Positions 42,797 through 51,440 of a stretch of DNA of 64,000 bases are shown here, in pieces. The notes beneath the pieces were generated by a model. That model saw nothing but the letters and a program-made list of their open reading frames with translations. It was not told the DNA's origin and did not search any database. The stretch is from assembly GCA_965219575.1 (NCBI GenBank), contig OZ244779.1, positions 588,769-652,768 on the forward strand, in the 5' to 3' direction. Numbering within the stretch: the stretch's first letter is position 1; each line of letters starts with the position of its first letter. This DNA is from Candidatus Oxydemutatoraceae bacterium. GTDB lineage: Bacteria > Pseudomonadota > Gammaproteobacteria > Poriferisulfidales > Oxydemutatoraceae. A program made the translations under genes and the position numbers.

Positions 42797-44149
42797 CTAG
42801 AGGTTGTAATGCGGCAACTTGGTTTCTAGGTAGTGTATGTCTAATTTTCCGTCGGCAAAAGCCGAGTCGTCCAATATCTGTTTATGCAACATGATATTGG
42901 TGTCAATACCGTTGATGTATATTTCGTTGAGTGCGATTTGCATACGTTTGATGGCAATATCTCGGTTGTCGCCGTATGCGATGAGTTTGCCTATCATTGA
43001 ATCGTAAAACGGCGGCACGGTATAGCCGCCGTAGATATGCGAGTCTACGCGTATACCGGGGCCGCCGGGTAAATGCAGATGTTCTATCACGCCGGGCGAC
43101 GGCATAAAGTTTTTAGGGTTTTCTGCATTAACTCTACATTCTATTGCGTGTCCTTCAATGCGTACATCCTCTTGTTTTATATTGAGCTTAAGACCGGCGG
43201 CGATTTCCAGTTGTTTTCTAACGATGTCTATACCGGTAATCATTTCGGTGACCGGGTGTTCAACCTGCACTCGGGTGTTCATTTCTATAAAATAAAATTT
43301 ACCGTCTTCGTAAAGGAATTCAAAAGTGCCGGCACCACGATACCCGGTGCGTCGGCAAGCCTCGGTTACGATATTGCCTATCTCGGCGCGTTGTTTCTCG
43401 CTAATACCGGGGGCAGGTGCTTCCTCTATCACCTTTTGATGTTTGCGTTGCATCGAGCAGTCTCGTTCTCCCAAGTGGATTACGTTGCCGTGGGAATCGG
43501 CTAATACCTGAAATTCAATATGACGCGGTTTTTGCAGATATTTCTCCATATAGATTTCGTCGCTGTCAAACGCCGCTTTGGCTTCGGCTCGGGTTAACGC
43601 CAGCGCATTCGCCAAGGCACCTTCGGAATGTACTACACGCATCCCGCGACCCCCACCGCCGTCGGTTGCTTTGATGATGACCGGATAACCGATGCCCTTG
43701 GCAATCTCAAAGCTCTCTTCGGTTCCGCCTTGCAGTGGGCTATTGACTCCCGGCACACAAGGCACGCCGGCTTCCAGCATGGTTTCTTTAGCGGTTATTT
43801 TGTTCGCCATCGCCTTGATAGTCGCCGGCTTAGGCCCTATAAAAATAAAGCCACTCGATTCTATTTGTTCGGCGAAGGACGCGCTTTCGGAGAGAAAGCC
43901 GTAGCCCGGATGGATTGCCATTGTGTCGGTGACTTCGGCCGCGCTGATGATTGCCGGAATATTCAGATAGCTTTGTTGTGCCGGCGGCGGTCCTATACAT
44001 ACCGAGTCGTCCGCCAGCCTGACATGCATCAGGTCTTGGTCGGCTTTTGAATACACTGCCACCGTCTTGATATTAAGTTCTTGGCACGCGCGTAAAATGC
44101 GCAACGCAATCTCCCCGCGATTGGCAATCAATACTTTATCAAGCATCAT
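42797..44149 (-). CDS. accC: Acetyl-CoA carboxylase biotin carboxylase
   Basis: [45 protein letters not shown]. Confidence 0.98.
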   Translation of the reverse strand: MMLDKVLIANRGEIALRILRACQELNIKTVAVYSKADQDLMHVRLADDSVCIGPPPAQQSYLNIPAIISAAEVTDTMAIHPGYGFLSESASFAEQIESSGFIFIGPKPATIKAMANKITAKETMLEAGVPCVPGVNSPLQGGTEESFEIAKGIGYPVIIKATDGGGGRGMRVVHSEGALANALALTRAEAKAAFDSDEIYMEKYLQKPRHIEFQVLADSHGNVIHLGERDCSMQRKHQKVIEEAPAPGISEKQRAEIGNIVTEACRRTGYRGAGTFEFLYEDGKFYFIEMNTRVQVEHPVTEMITGIDIVRKQLEIAAGLKLNIKQEDVRIEGHAIECRVNAENPKNFMPSPGVIEHLHLPGGPGIRVDSHIYGGYTVPPFYDSMIGKLIAYGDNRDIAIKRMQIALNEIYINGIDTNIMLHKQILDDSAFADGKLDIHYLETKLPHYNL

Positions 44150-44181
44150 TTAGGGTTGTTGAAATATTACAAAATGCAAAA

Positions 44182-44531
44182 CCGCCCCTACGGTTGGTTT
44201 GCAGATATTTTCGGCGCATAGCGGTTGCGGTCGTGGTAAACGGTACTTTAGGGCGGACATGTTAGTCCGCCCCTACGGTTGGTTTGCAGATATTTTCGGC
44301 GCATAGCGGTTGCGGTCGTGGTAAACGGTACTTTAGGGCGGACATGTTAGTCCGCCCCTACGGTTGGTTTGCAGATATTTTCGGCGCATAGCGGTTGCGG
44401 TCGTGGTAAACGGTACTTTAGGGCGGACATGTTAGTCCGCCCCTACGGTTGGTTTGCAGATATTCTCGGCGCATAGCGGTTGCGGTCGTGGCAAACGGTA
44501 CTTTAGGGCGGACATGTTAGTCCGCCCCTAC
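44182..44531. repeat. Four tandem 85-bp REP-containing units
   Basis: Units start at 44182, 44267, 44352, 44437; first three identical, fourth with 2 changes. Confidence 0.95.
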
Positions 44532-44996
44532 AGAAGGTTCTATCCGAATGAGGGTTTGCCCGAACTCAACGGGTTCTGCGTTTTCTACTAGAATCGCCTC
44601 AACGGTGCCGGAAATAGGCGCTTCGATATGGTTCATCATTTTCATCGCTTCTATAATGCAGAGAGGTTCACCTTTTTCAACCGTGGTTCCAACCTCTACA
44701 AAGGGGGCGGTATCGGGCGATGAAGATCTATAAAAAGTTCCCACCATCGGAGCTTCAACATGATATGAACTCGACGAAGATGCGTCGCGCTCTGCACCGG
44801 CAAGTTTTTCACCACTCGCTTGCTGCGTATCTTGCGAAGGTGCCGGGGGCGATATTATCTGCGGTGCGGCTACCGGTGGCGCGATACTGCTTGCGCGGCT
44901 GATTCTTACTGTGTCATCACCTTCTTTTACCTCTATTTCGGAGATGCCCGACTCTTCCAAAAGCTCTATTAGTTTTTTAACCTTACGTATATCCAT
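44517..44996 (-). CDS. accB: Acetyl-CoA carboxylase biotin carboxyl carrier protein
   Basis: [12 protein letters not shown] start, [16 protein letters not shown]. Confidence 0.97.
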   Translation of the reverse strand: MDIRKVKKLIELLEESGISEIEVKEGDDTVRISRASSIAPPVAAPQIISPPAPSQDTQQASGEKLAGAERDASSSSSYHVEAPMVGTFYRSSSPDTAPFVEVGTTVEKGEPLCIIEAMKMMNHIEAPISGTVEAILVENAEPVEFGQTLIRIEPSVGAD

Positions 44997-45000
44997 TTGT

Positions 45001-45447
45001 TTAACCCTGTAGATGTTCGACTGCCGCTTGCAATGCGAGTTTGTAGCCTTGCGCGCCGGCACCCGATATGATTGCGACGGCAATGTCCGATAGGAAAGAC
45101 TGTCGACGAAATGTTTCTCGAGCGAACACATTGGATAGGTGTATCTCTATGAATGGTTTAGAAACCGAGAGGAACGCATCGCGTAGGGCGACGCTGGTAT
45201 GTGTCAATGCGCCGGGATTGATAATAATAAAATCGGTTTTATCGTCCATCGTTCGATGAATACGCTCGATAATATCTGCCTCGGAGTTTGACTGCAAATG
45301 ATCTATCTCAACGTTGTGCGCTTTCGCTTTTGAGTGAACTTGCTCGATAATTTGTGCTAGGGTTTGCGTGCCGTAGATTTCAGGCTCGCGCTTTCCCAGC
45401 AAATTTAGGTTGGGACCGTTGATGATAAGTATCTTATTTGTTGTCAT
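45001..45447 (-). CDS. aroQ: Type II 3-dehydroquinate dehydratase
   Basis: [39 protein letters not shown]. Confidence 0.97.
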   Translation of the reverse strand: MTTNKILIINGPNLNLLGKREPEIYGTQTLAQIIEQVHSKAKAHNVEIDHLQSNSEADIIERIHRTMDDKTDFIIINPGALTHTSVALRDAFLSVSKPFIEIHLSNVFARETFRRQSFLSDIAVAIISGAGAQGYKLALQAAVEHLQG

Positions 45448-45574
45448 TGTCCATTAAATCAAGCGAAGTTCGCCAAACATGTGGCTAATAGCATAACATA
45501 AATATACAAAATGCTAGAAATATGTTGTGCGGCACTCTGCGAGGTCTGGTATCTAAAGGTTAGGAAATGCTTAA

Positions 45575-46927
45575 TTATCGCAGTGAATCTATCAATTGGT
45601 CCTTCAGCCTGCCAAAATCGCCGTTGGACATAATCAGCAGATGGTCTCCTTCTGCCAGCTCTTCGATAATCGCATGTTTTAGTTGTGCTATATCGTTATG
45701 ATACGAATACCGAGTTTTAGTTTTCTCTAACACCGGTTCCGCCGACCAATCTAAATCCGGAGGACTATAAAAGAAAAGACGGTCCGCCTCGTCAAAAGCG
45801 GCACCGAGTACTCGGTTGTGTTTGCCTGCTTTCATCGTATTTGAACGCGGTTCAAAAGCAACCAATACACGAGGAACTTTTTGGGTACGTATGGCTTCTA
45901 TGCTTGCCTTGATTTCAGTCGGATGATGGGCAAAATCATCGTAGACGGTAACTCCCTTATAGGTTCCGCAAACCTCAAGTCGACGGCGTACCCCTTCAAA
46001 ACTCTCTAGTGCTTGCAATGCGGTTTGCGGTGGCACACCGACATGCGCTGCGGCTGCGATTGCGCCTACGGCATCGGCAATATTATGATCACCCGATAGC
46101 TTCCAGCGGCAACATCCCTGTCGGGTACCTTTATGGGATACTTCGAAACCGCCGTCTCGCTTACGCGCCTGCCAATCGGCAGTTTTATCCCCTAGATCGA
46201 AATACTCGCATCGCGACCAAAGCCCTTGTCCCAGAACATCCTGCAATGCGGTATCGAAGGCGCGCACTAACACAACGGCATCCGCTGATAGTGTTTTGAG
46301 TAGGTGATGGAACTGTATCTTTATGGCATCTAAATCCTTAAATATATCGGCATGGTCAAATTCTAGGTTGTTGAGTACTAAGACTTGCGGGCGATAGTGG
46401 ATAAACTTCGATCTTTTATCAAAAAAAGCGGTGTCGTATTCGTCGCCTTCTATAACGAACAAATCGGATTGTCCCAAGCGCGCAGAAACACCGAAGTTGA
46501 TCGGCACGCCGCCGATTAGAAACCCCGGTTGCATGCCGGCAAACTCTAATATCCATGCGAGCATAGAAGCGGTCGTCGTTTTACCGTGGGTGCCGGCAAC
46601 GCATAACACACGACGGTATTGCAACACCTGTTCGTAAAGCCATTGCGGTCCGGAGTAGATAGGTATGCGCCGGGTGAGCAAGGCTTCCACCGACTCGTCG
46701 CCTCTACACATTGCGTTGCCGACGATATAAACATCGTAACCGTCTAGCGACGATGCGCTACAAGGTTGATCGAAAGCGATGTTATGGTTTACCAACTGCT
46801 CGCGCATCGGCGGCCAAGCCGCTTTATCGCAGCCGTGAACGAAATAACCTAGTTCGCGGGCGAGACCGGCGAGACCGGCCATAAAGGTGCCGCATATCCC
46901 GAGTAAGTAAACTTTGCCTGCAGGCAT
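45575..46927 (-). CDS. mpl: Murein peptide ligase
   Basis: LGICGTFMAGLA, AGTHGKTTT, DEYDTAFFDKRSKF, DDFAHHPT, EPRSNTMK. Confidence 0.96.
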   Translation of the reverse strand: MPAGKVYLLGICGTFMAGLAGLARELGYFVHGCDKAAWPPMREQLVNHNIAFDQPCSASSLDGYDVYIVGNAMCRGDESVEALLTRRIPIYSGPQWLYEQVLQYRRVLCVAGTHGKTTTASMLAWILEFAGMQPGFLIGGVPINFGVSARLGQSDLFVIEGDEYDTAFFDKRSKFIHYRPQVLVLNNLEFDHADIFKDLDAIKIQFHHLLKTLSADAVVLVRAFDTALQDVLGQGLWSRCEYFDLGDKTADWQARKRDGGFEVSHKGTRQGCCRWKLSGDHNIADAVGAIAAAAHVGVPPQTALQALESFEGVRRRLEVCGTYKGVTVYDDFAHHPTEIKASIEAIRTQKVPRVLVAFEPRSNTMKAGKHNRVLGAAFDEADRLFFYSPPDLDWSAEPVLEKTKTRYSYHNDIAQLKHAIIEELAEGDHLLIMSNGDFGRLKDQLIDSLR

Positions 46928-46935
46928 AGTTCAGA

Positions 46936-47499
46936 TCACATAACCATCAATGATACGAACAGGCTACTCATTAAATAGAGCATTGCGATACCGATTGCAA
47001 AGGGCAAGCGTACCTCCAATGCGTGCAGAAAAATATGCCCCAAGACTCTCAACATCCATATAAACAACGCCAAATAGACCAATGCAATCACCGCCCCGGC
47101 AGGGGAGCTCTGCATCTCCGATTGAGCCTCGCCACCGAAACCGACAAGGTCGGCAGCAACGAAGTTCAACGGTATAAACAAAACGCTGAACAAAGCGATA
47201 CTGCCGGTAATCGCTATTGCAGTTTGTGTGAAGCGCGTAGGAAAGCGGAATAACCATAACATGACTTTTAAGAAGGCAAGCAGGAAAAACAAATCTACGA
47301 CGGTTTCCAGCAAATTAACTTCGGCCAAGCCCGTTGCAAGACCCGAGAGGATGCCCATAGCAACCATAAAAGCACAAGACAAAATAAGTAACTTTCTGTA
47401 TGCAGGTAACTGTTGCGGGGTTGCCCGCAGTAGTATCAGGTGCCATAAGATAACGATGAAATCCATCAATATCTCCCATAGTATCAACAAAGATCTCAT
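46936..47499 (-). CDS. Hypothetical membrane protein
   Basis: Several TM helices, PQQLP motif; co-oriented with mpl. Confidence 0.75.
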   Translation of the reverse strand: MRSLLILWEILMDFIVILWHLILLRATPQQLPAYRKLLILSCAFMVAMGILSGLATGLAEVNLLETVVDLFFLLAFLKVMLWLFRFPTRFTQTAIAITGSIALFSVLFIPLNFVAADLVGFGGEAQSEMQSSPAGAVIALVYLALFIWMLRVLGHIFLHALEVRLPFAIGIAMLYLMSSLFVSLMVM

Positions 47500-47533
47500 A
47501 ATTTACTCAACTATAATCCGAAAGTAAAAGTGT

Positions 47534-47937
47534 GGAGCTATTGAAAAATAGAACCGCCGATTGAGCCGGTAGGTCAATCGGCAATTCTGATGTCCGCCCT
47601 TCGGAATAACCACAACTGCTTGCACCATTTGGTTTTGGTTTCCATAAATTGGATGAATGTATAAATAGTACAGATACGACGGGGCTGTTGAAAAAGTGCG
47701 GACATCGCACAACACCAACCGCTTGCGCCGTGAATTTATAATAACCACCAAGCCGTAGGGGCAGACCTGTGTGTCTGCCCTTAAGTACCGTTCTGCACGA
47801 CACCAACCGCTTGCGCCAACAAATAATGGTTTCCATAATATTAATGGGTGAACGCGTTAATCATGCAAACATGATACGTTTCGGGCGGACATGCAAGTCC
47901 GCCCCTACATTGTATGAAATACTTTTTCAACAGTCCT
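47534..47937. repeat. Mosaic repeat cluster with TIR element 47681-47937
   Basis: Degenerate TIR at 47534, hairpin module, TIR, REP doublet, TIR. Confidence 0.85.
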
Positions 47938-48017
47938 CTATATTTTATAAAACATAGAGCAACGATAGTGTGAACTACCATACTACGAAATCCTTACTTA
48001 AAATTTTAGTATAAAAA

Positions 48018-48404
48018 TTAACATTCTAGGGGGTGTATGATAAACCTCGGATATTCATAACCGGCACCGGTGGTAGCATCAACTCGCCGTCCAATTATAC
48101 TATCATGCAAGATATTACCCCACACATCCTTTGCTTTTGGTTCTACTTGCATAACGCTCGTCTTTCCATCCTTTTCACAAGTAATGCTAAGATCGCCGTA
48201 AGCCTGTTCCACTGTTACCGTATCGGGAGTTTCCTTGATATAGTATTTGCCATCATCGTTTTCTAACGTACAAAGGGCTTCAGGACAACCAGGCGTATCA
48301 ACCGAGATTGAATTAGTACGGCTTTCAGAAACGGAAGCACAACCGCTTAAAATAAATAAAGTTATCAGCACAATGGCTAACCGAGATAAGTAAATCATTA
48401 ACAT
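48018..48404 (-). CDS. Hypothetical lipoprotein
   Basis: GGAGG RBS, lipobox LSGC, VDA.TGAGYEYP. Confidence 0.75.
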   Translation of the reverse strand: MLMIYLSRLAIVLITLFILSGCASVSESRTNSISVDTPGCPEALCTLENDDGKYYIKETPDTVTVEQAYGDLSITCEKDGKTSVMQVEPKAKDVWGNILHDSIIGRRVDATTGAGYEYPRFIIHPLEC

Positions 48405-48570
48405 CCTCCTTTTTCAAATATTCAGGTTTTTTGAGTAAACACTTTCAAACAACATTATAAACTACCTAATTCTTAATTTCATTTGGGGTTTGTCTAAGAT
48501 TGTTTGTGCTTGAGACTATCTCATGATTTACTCAATCCGTGCACTCGTATCGGCAGTGGGGTTAATGCGC

Positions 48571-49335
48571 TCAATCGCGCGTGAAAATCCACTGTGTTTC
48601 GTTGGATAGCTTGGTTTGGTAACGATAATCTCCTTCGCGAAACCGCTTCAGTAATTCGGGTGTCTTAATACGGTTTTTGATAATGTAGCGCGCCATCATA
48701 CCTCGGGAGCGTTTGGCGGTGAAACTAATGACCTTATAGGTTCCGTTTTTTTTCTCCTTGAATATCGGCGTGATGATTTTGGCATTGAGATGATCCGGAA
48801 CGATAGAATGAAAATACTCGTTGGATGCCAAGTTGATCAATACCGCATTGCGCATCTTTTTAAGTTCGGCATTAATCGCTTCGGTGATGCGAGCACCCCA
48901 AAAATCGTAGAGGTCTTTGCCTTGTTTGTTTTCGAGACGGGTGCCCATCTCAAGCCGATAAGGCTGTATCATATCCAGCGGTTTTAAGACACCGTACAAG
49001 CCCGATAGTATGCGCAAGTGCTTCTGCGCAAAATCAAAATCTTTAGCCTCAAAGCTGGTGGCATCCAAACCCGAATACACATCGCCGTTGAAGGCTAAAA
49101 GTGCCTGCTTGGCTTTTGGGGTCGTCGTAGAATTGTCCCATAGCTTAAAACGGTCGGTATTCAAATCGGCAATTTTAGTGCTGACCGACATTAACTCCTG
49201 CAGTTGCTCGGTAGACAACTTCCGCAAGCGCGTAACTAAATGGTTTGCATCCTCTAAAAATAGCGGCACGCTGTGTTTGCGTATCTTACCGCTATCAAAA
49301 TCAAGACGCTTCGCCGGTGAAATAATAACAATCAT
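48571..49335 (-). CDS. yaaA: Peroxide stress protein YaaA
   Basis: ISPAKRLDF, FNGDVY, LRILSGLYG, YRLEMG, NLASNEY, AKRSRG. Confidence 0.95.
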   Translation of the reverse strand: MIVIISPAKRLDFDSGKIRKHSVPLFLEDANHLVTRLRKLSTEQLQELMSVSTKIADLNTDRFKLWDNSTTTPKAKQALLAFNGDVYSGLDATSFEAKDFDFAQKHLRILSGLYGVLKPLDMIQPYRLEMGTRLENKQGKDLYDFWGARITEAINAELKKMRNAVLINLASNEYFHSIVPDHLNAKIITPIFKEKKNGTYKVISFTAKRSRGMMARYIIKNRIKTPELLKRFREGDYRYQTKLSNETQWIFTRD

Positions 49336-49460
49336 AATCAGTTCGTAGTTTTTTACGCTCTTATTTTCTGCAACTCTATAACTCAAGTCAATAGAATACC
49401 ACTACTTGCTTAAAATGAACTACCACTTGTTCCAGTGGTGTGACTTTGTGCAGATACGCA

Positions 49461-50864
49461 GGGGCTGTTGAAAAAGTACCGTCATCACACAATCCAATCA
49501 CTTTGGACTTATAAGAGCAAGCCCTAGCTTGTTCGAACTACATACTAATGCTAAGTTTCTGCACAATGTCAAGCTGTTTGTCTTTGCTACTCGTATTATT
49601 TCTAATAGCCATAAATAGCTGAATCTTGTATAAGGCGACATTCCTTGTGCTATTGCAACAAGGAACGGTTATTTGCAACAAACGGCGGTCTATCTCTTTA
49701 GCTTTTTAATTTCGGGGACAGATAAACCTGTGACTTGGGAAATCTCCGAAACCTCATAACCTTTTTGCAGCATATTTAAGGCGATTTCGTGCATGCCCTG
49801 AACTCGGCCTTCCTCCATGCCTTTTGCCAGACCCTCCTTTAACGCGCCGCGCCTCTCCAACTGAATCCCTATCTCATACTTCATGCGATCTATAGTCTCC
49901 CAGTGTGATTCTTTGCTTTTTGATATCTCCTCTAAATGTTCTAATATCATTTTCGTCTCTCCGTCTTGTGATAAATACGCTACTTGCTCGGGGGTCAATT
50001 CCGCCGAGTGCTTAATAATATAGCACCACCTATCCTTCATATCAACAAGGTCGCGGTAGCTCTTCTTGAACTTATTCAATTCCACTATGACGATCTTTGC
50101 ACCGATATCAAAATGGTATTCTATCTCGTTGCGATCTACAAATCCTATTTCGGTGATAAAGTTGTGCTTTCCTTTGAATACCGTGAACTCGGTAAATCCC
50201 AACGAGTAGGTCGGGTTGAGGTTTGCATAGTCATCGCCACGGTTTAGATCTTGAATAAACAGCAAAGCCCAATAGGCGAACATTCTCAGTAGGAAGTTTT
50301 TTTGGAAGGCGACTTGCATTTCTATATTGACATTTTCTCCGCCACTTAATTTGACGCTGAGGTCGAGGACGACCTGCTTGCCGTGTGGTTTGTTTGGTGG
50401 AATAGAGGTGTCTTTGAGCCATAGTTTATCACTTGATTGCTGCTGCTGTTGTTCGGCTGCTTTTGTAGAGGTGGCAGAAGTTTTGAGGTTTAGGACATCG
50501 ACATCGGAGACATTGTCGGAGATCGGCAAGAAGCTCTTAATGAGCGAGAGCAGTAATCGCTTGTTGCCGGTAAAGTATTGTTTAAAAACAATGTCTTTTG
50601 TCAGTGCTAAGTATTTAGGGTGAGTTTTTTTTGCCATGAAATCTCCGGTAAGTTTTAGTTAAAACCCATAGTTTGCGCGAATATTTAAGGTGTTTTTAGA
50701 CAAATGGATGAACAGTAGTAAATATCCGATAAATGGTATTAAATGTTGAAAAATAGTGTGTTCGGAGCGGATTATTTCTTTTCTTGGGAAGGGATGATGG
50801 TTTGCGTAATTGAGGGGCGCAAGCGGTTGCAGTTGTGCAAAAACATTATTTTTTCAACAGCCCC
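49461..50864. mobile_element. 1.4-kb TIR-bounded element carrying rpn copy 2
   Basis: GGGGCTGTTGAAAAA at 49461 and TTTTTCAACAGCCCC ending at 50864 face inward around the gene. Confidence 0.55.
49690..50637 (-). CDS. Rpn-family nuclease / putative transposase, copy 2
   Basis: Near-identical to 41439..42407, inverted. Confidence 0.9.
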   Translation of the reverse strand: MAKKTHPKYLALTKDIVFKQYFTGNKRLLLSLIKSFLPISDNVSDVDVLNLKTSATSTKAAEQQQQQSSDKLWLKDTSIPPNKPHGKQVVLDLSVKLSGGENVNIEMQVAFQKNFLLRMFAYWALLFIQDLNRGDDYANLNPTYSLGFTEFTVFKGKHNFITEIGFVDRNEIEYHFDIGAKIVIVELNKFKKSYRDLVDMKDRWCYIIKHSAELTPEQVAYLSQDGETKMILEHLEEISKSKESHWETIDRMKYEIGIQLERRGALKEGLAKGMEEGRVQGMHEIALNMLQKGYEVSEISQVTGLSVPEIKKLKR

Positions 50865-50903
50865 ATGTCGCATTGTATGATAAAATGCCTTTCTATTTAC
50901 CGA

Positions 50904-50977
50904 TGCGGGGTGGAGCAGTCTGGAAGCTCGTCGGGCTCATAACCCGAAGGTCGCAGGTTCAAATCCTGCCCCCGCTA
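50904..50977 (+). tRNA. tRNA-fMet (CAT)
   Basis: TGCGGGG acceptor, TCGGG-CTCATAA-CCCGA anticodon arm with 3 G:C pairs, GGTTCAAATCC T arm, unpaired 1:72. Confidence 0.96.
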
Positions 50978-51032
50978 CCGGTTATGAATTCTATCGTCTG
51001 TTAGAATAAACGCACTTATGGGGTATCCGAAT

Positions 51033-51428
51033 ATGGAATTAACTTTTCTGCAAAGTAAATTACACCGAGCTTGCGTCACACAAACCGAAGTTGAATACGA
51101 CGGTTCTTGTGCTTTGGATGCCGAACTCATGTCGGCTACGGGTATTCGCGAATACCAACAAATAGAAATTTATAATCTGCGCGACGGAAATCGTTTTACG
51201 ACTTATGTGATTAAGGCCGAAGCCGGTAGTCGCACGGTTTCTCTAAACGGTGCCGCTGCTTATCGCGGCAGAGTAGGCGACCGTATTATTATATGTGCCT
51301 ATGCCCGGCTATCCGAAGCCGAAGCGGAGACACACAAGCCGATATTGGTCTACTTGGACAAAGAAAATCAGATCATCAAGATCAACTCCGACATTGCATA
51401 TCGGCACTTATCGGCAATGCCCGATTAA
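51033..51428 (+). CDS. panD: Aspartate 1-decarboxylase
   Basis: SKLHRACVT, YDGS cleavage site, RFTTY, NGAAA. Confidence 0.96.
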   Translation: MELTFLQSKLHRACVTQTEVEYDGSCALDAELMSATGIREYQQIEIYNLRDGNRFTTYVIKAEAGSRTVSLNGAAAYRGRVGDRIIICAYARLSEAEAETHKPILVYLDKENQIIKINSDIAYRHLSAMPD

Positions 51429-51440
51429 AATATCATTCGC

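Noticed and set aside
44182-44531. Possible CRISPR array
   Set aside because: Units are identical along their whole length with no unique spacers, and there are no cas genes; it is a tandem REP repeat
44997-45131. N-terminal extension of AccB
   Set aside because: Overlaps aroQ; the canonical MDIRK start is at 44996
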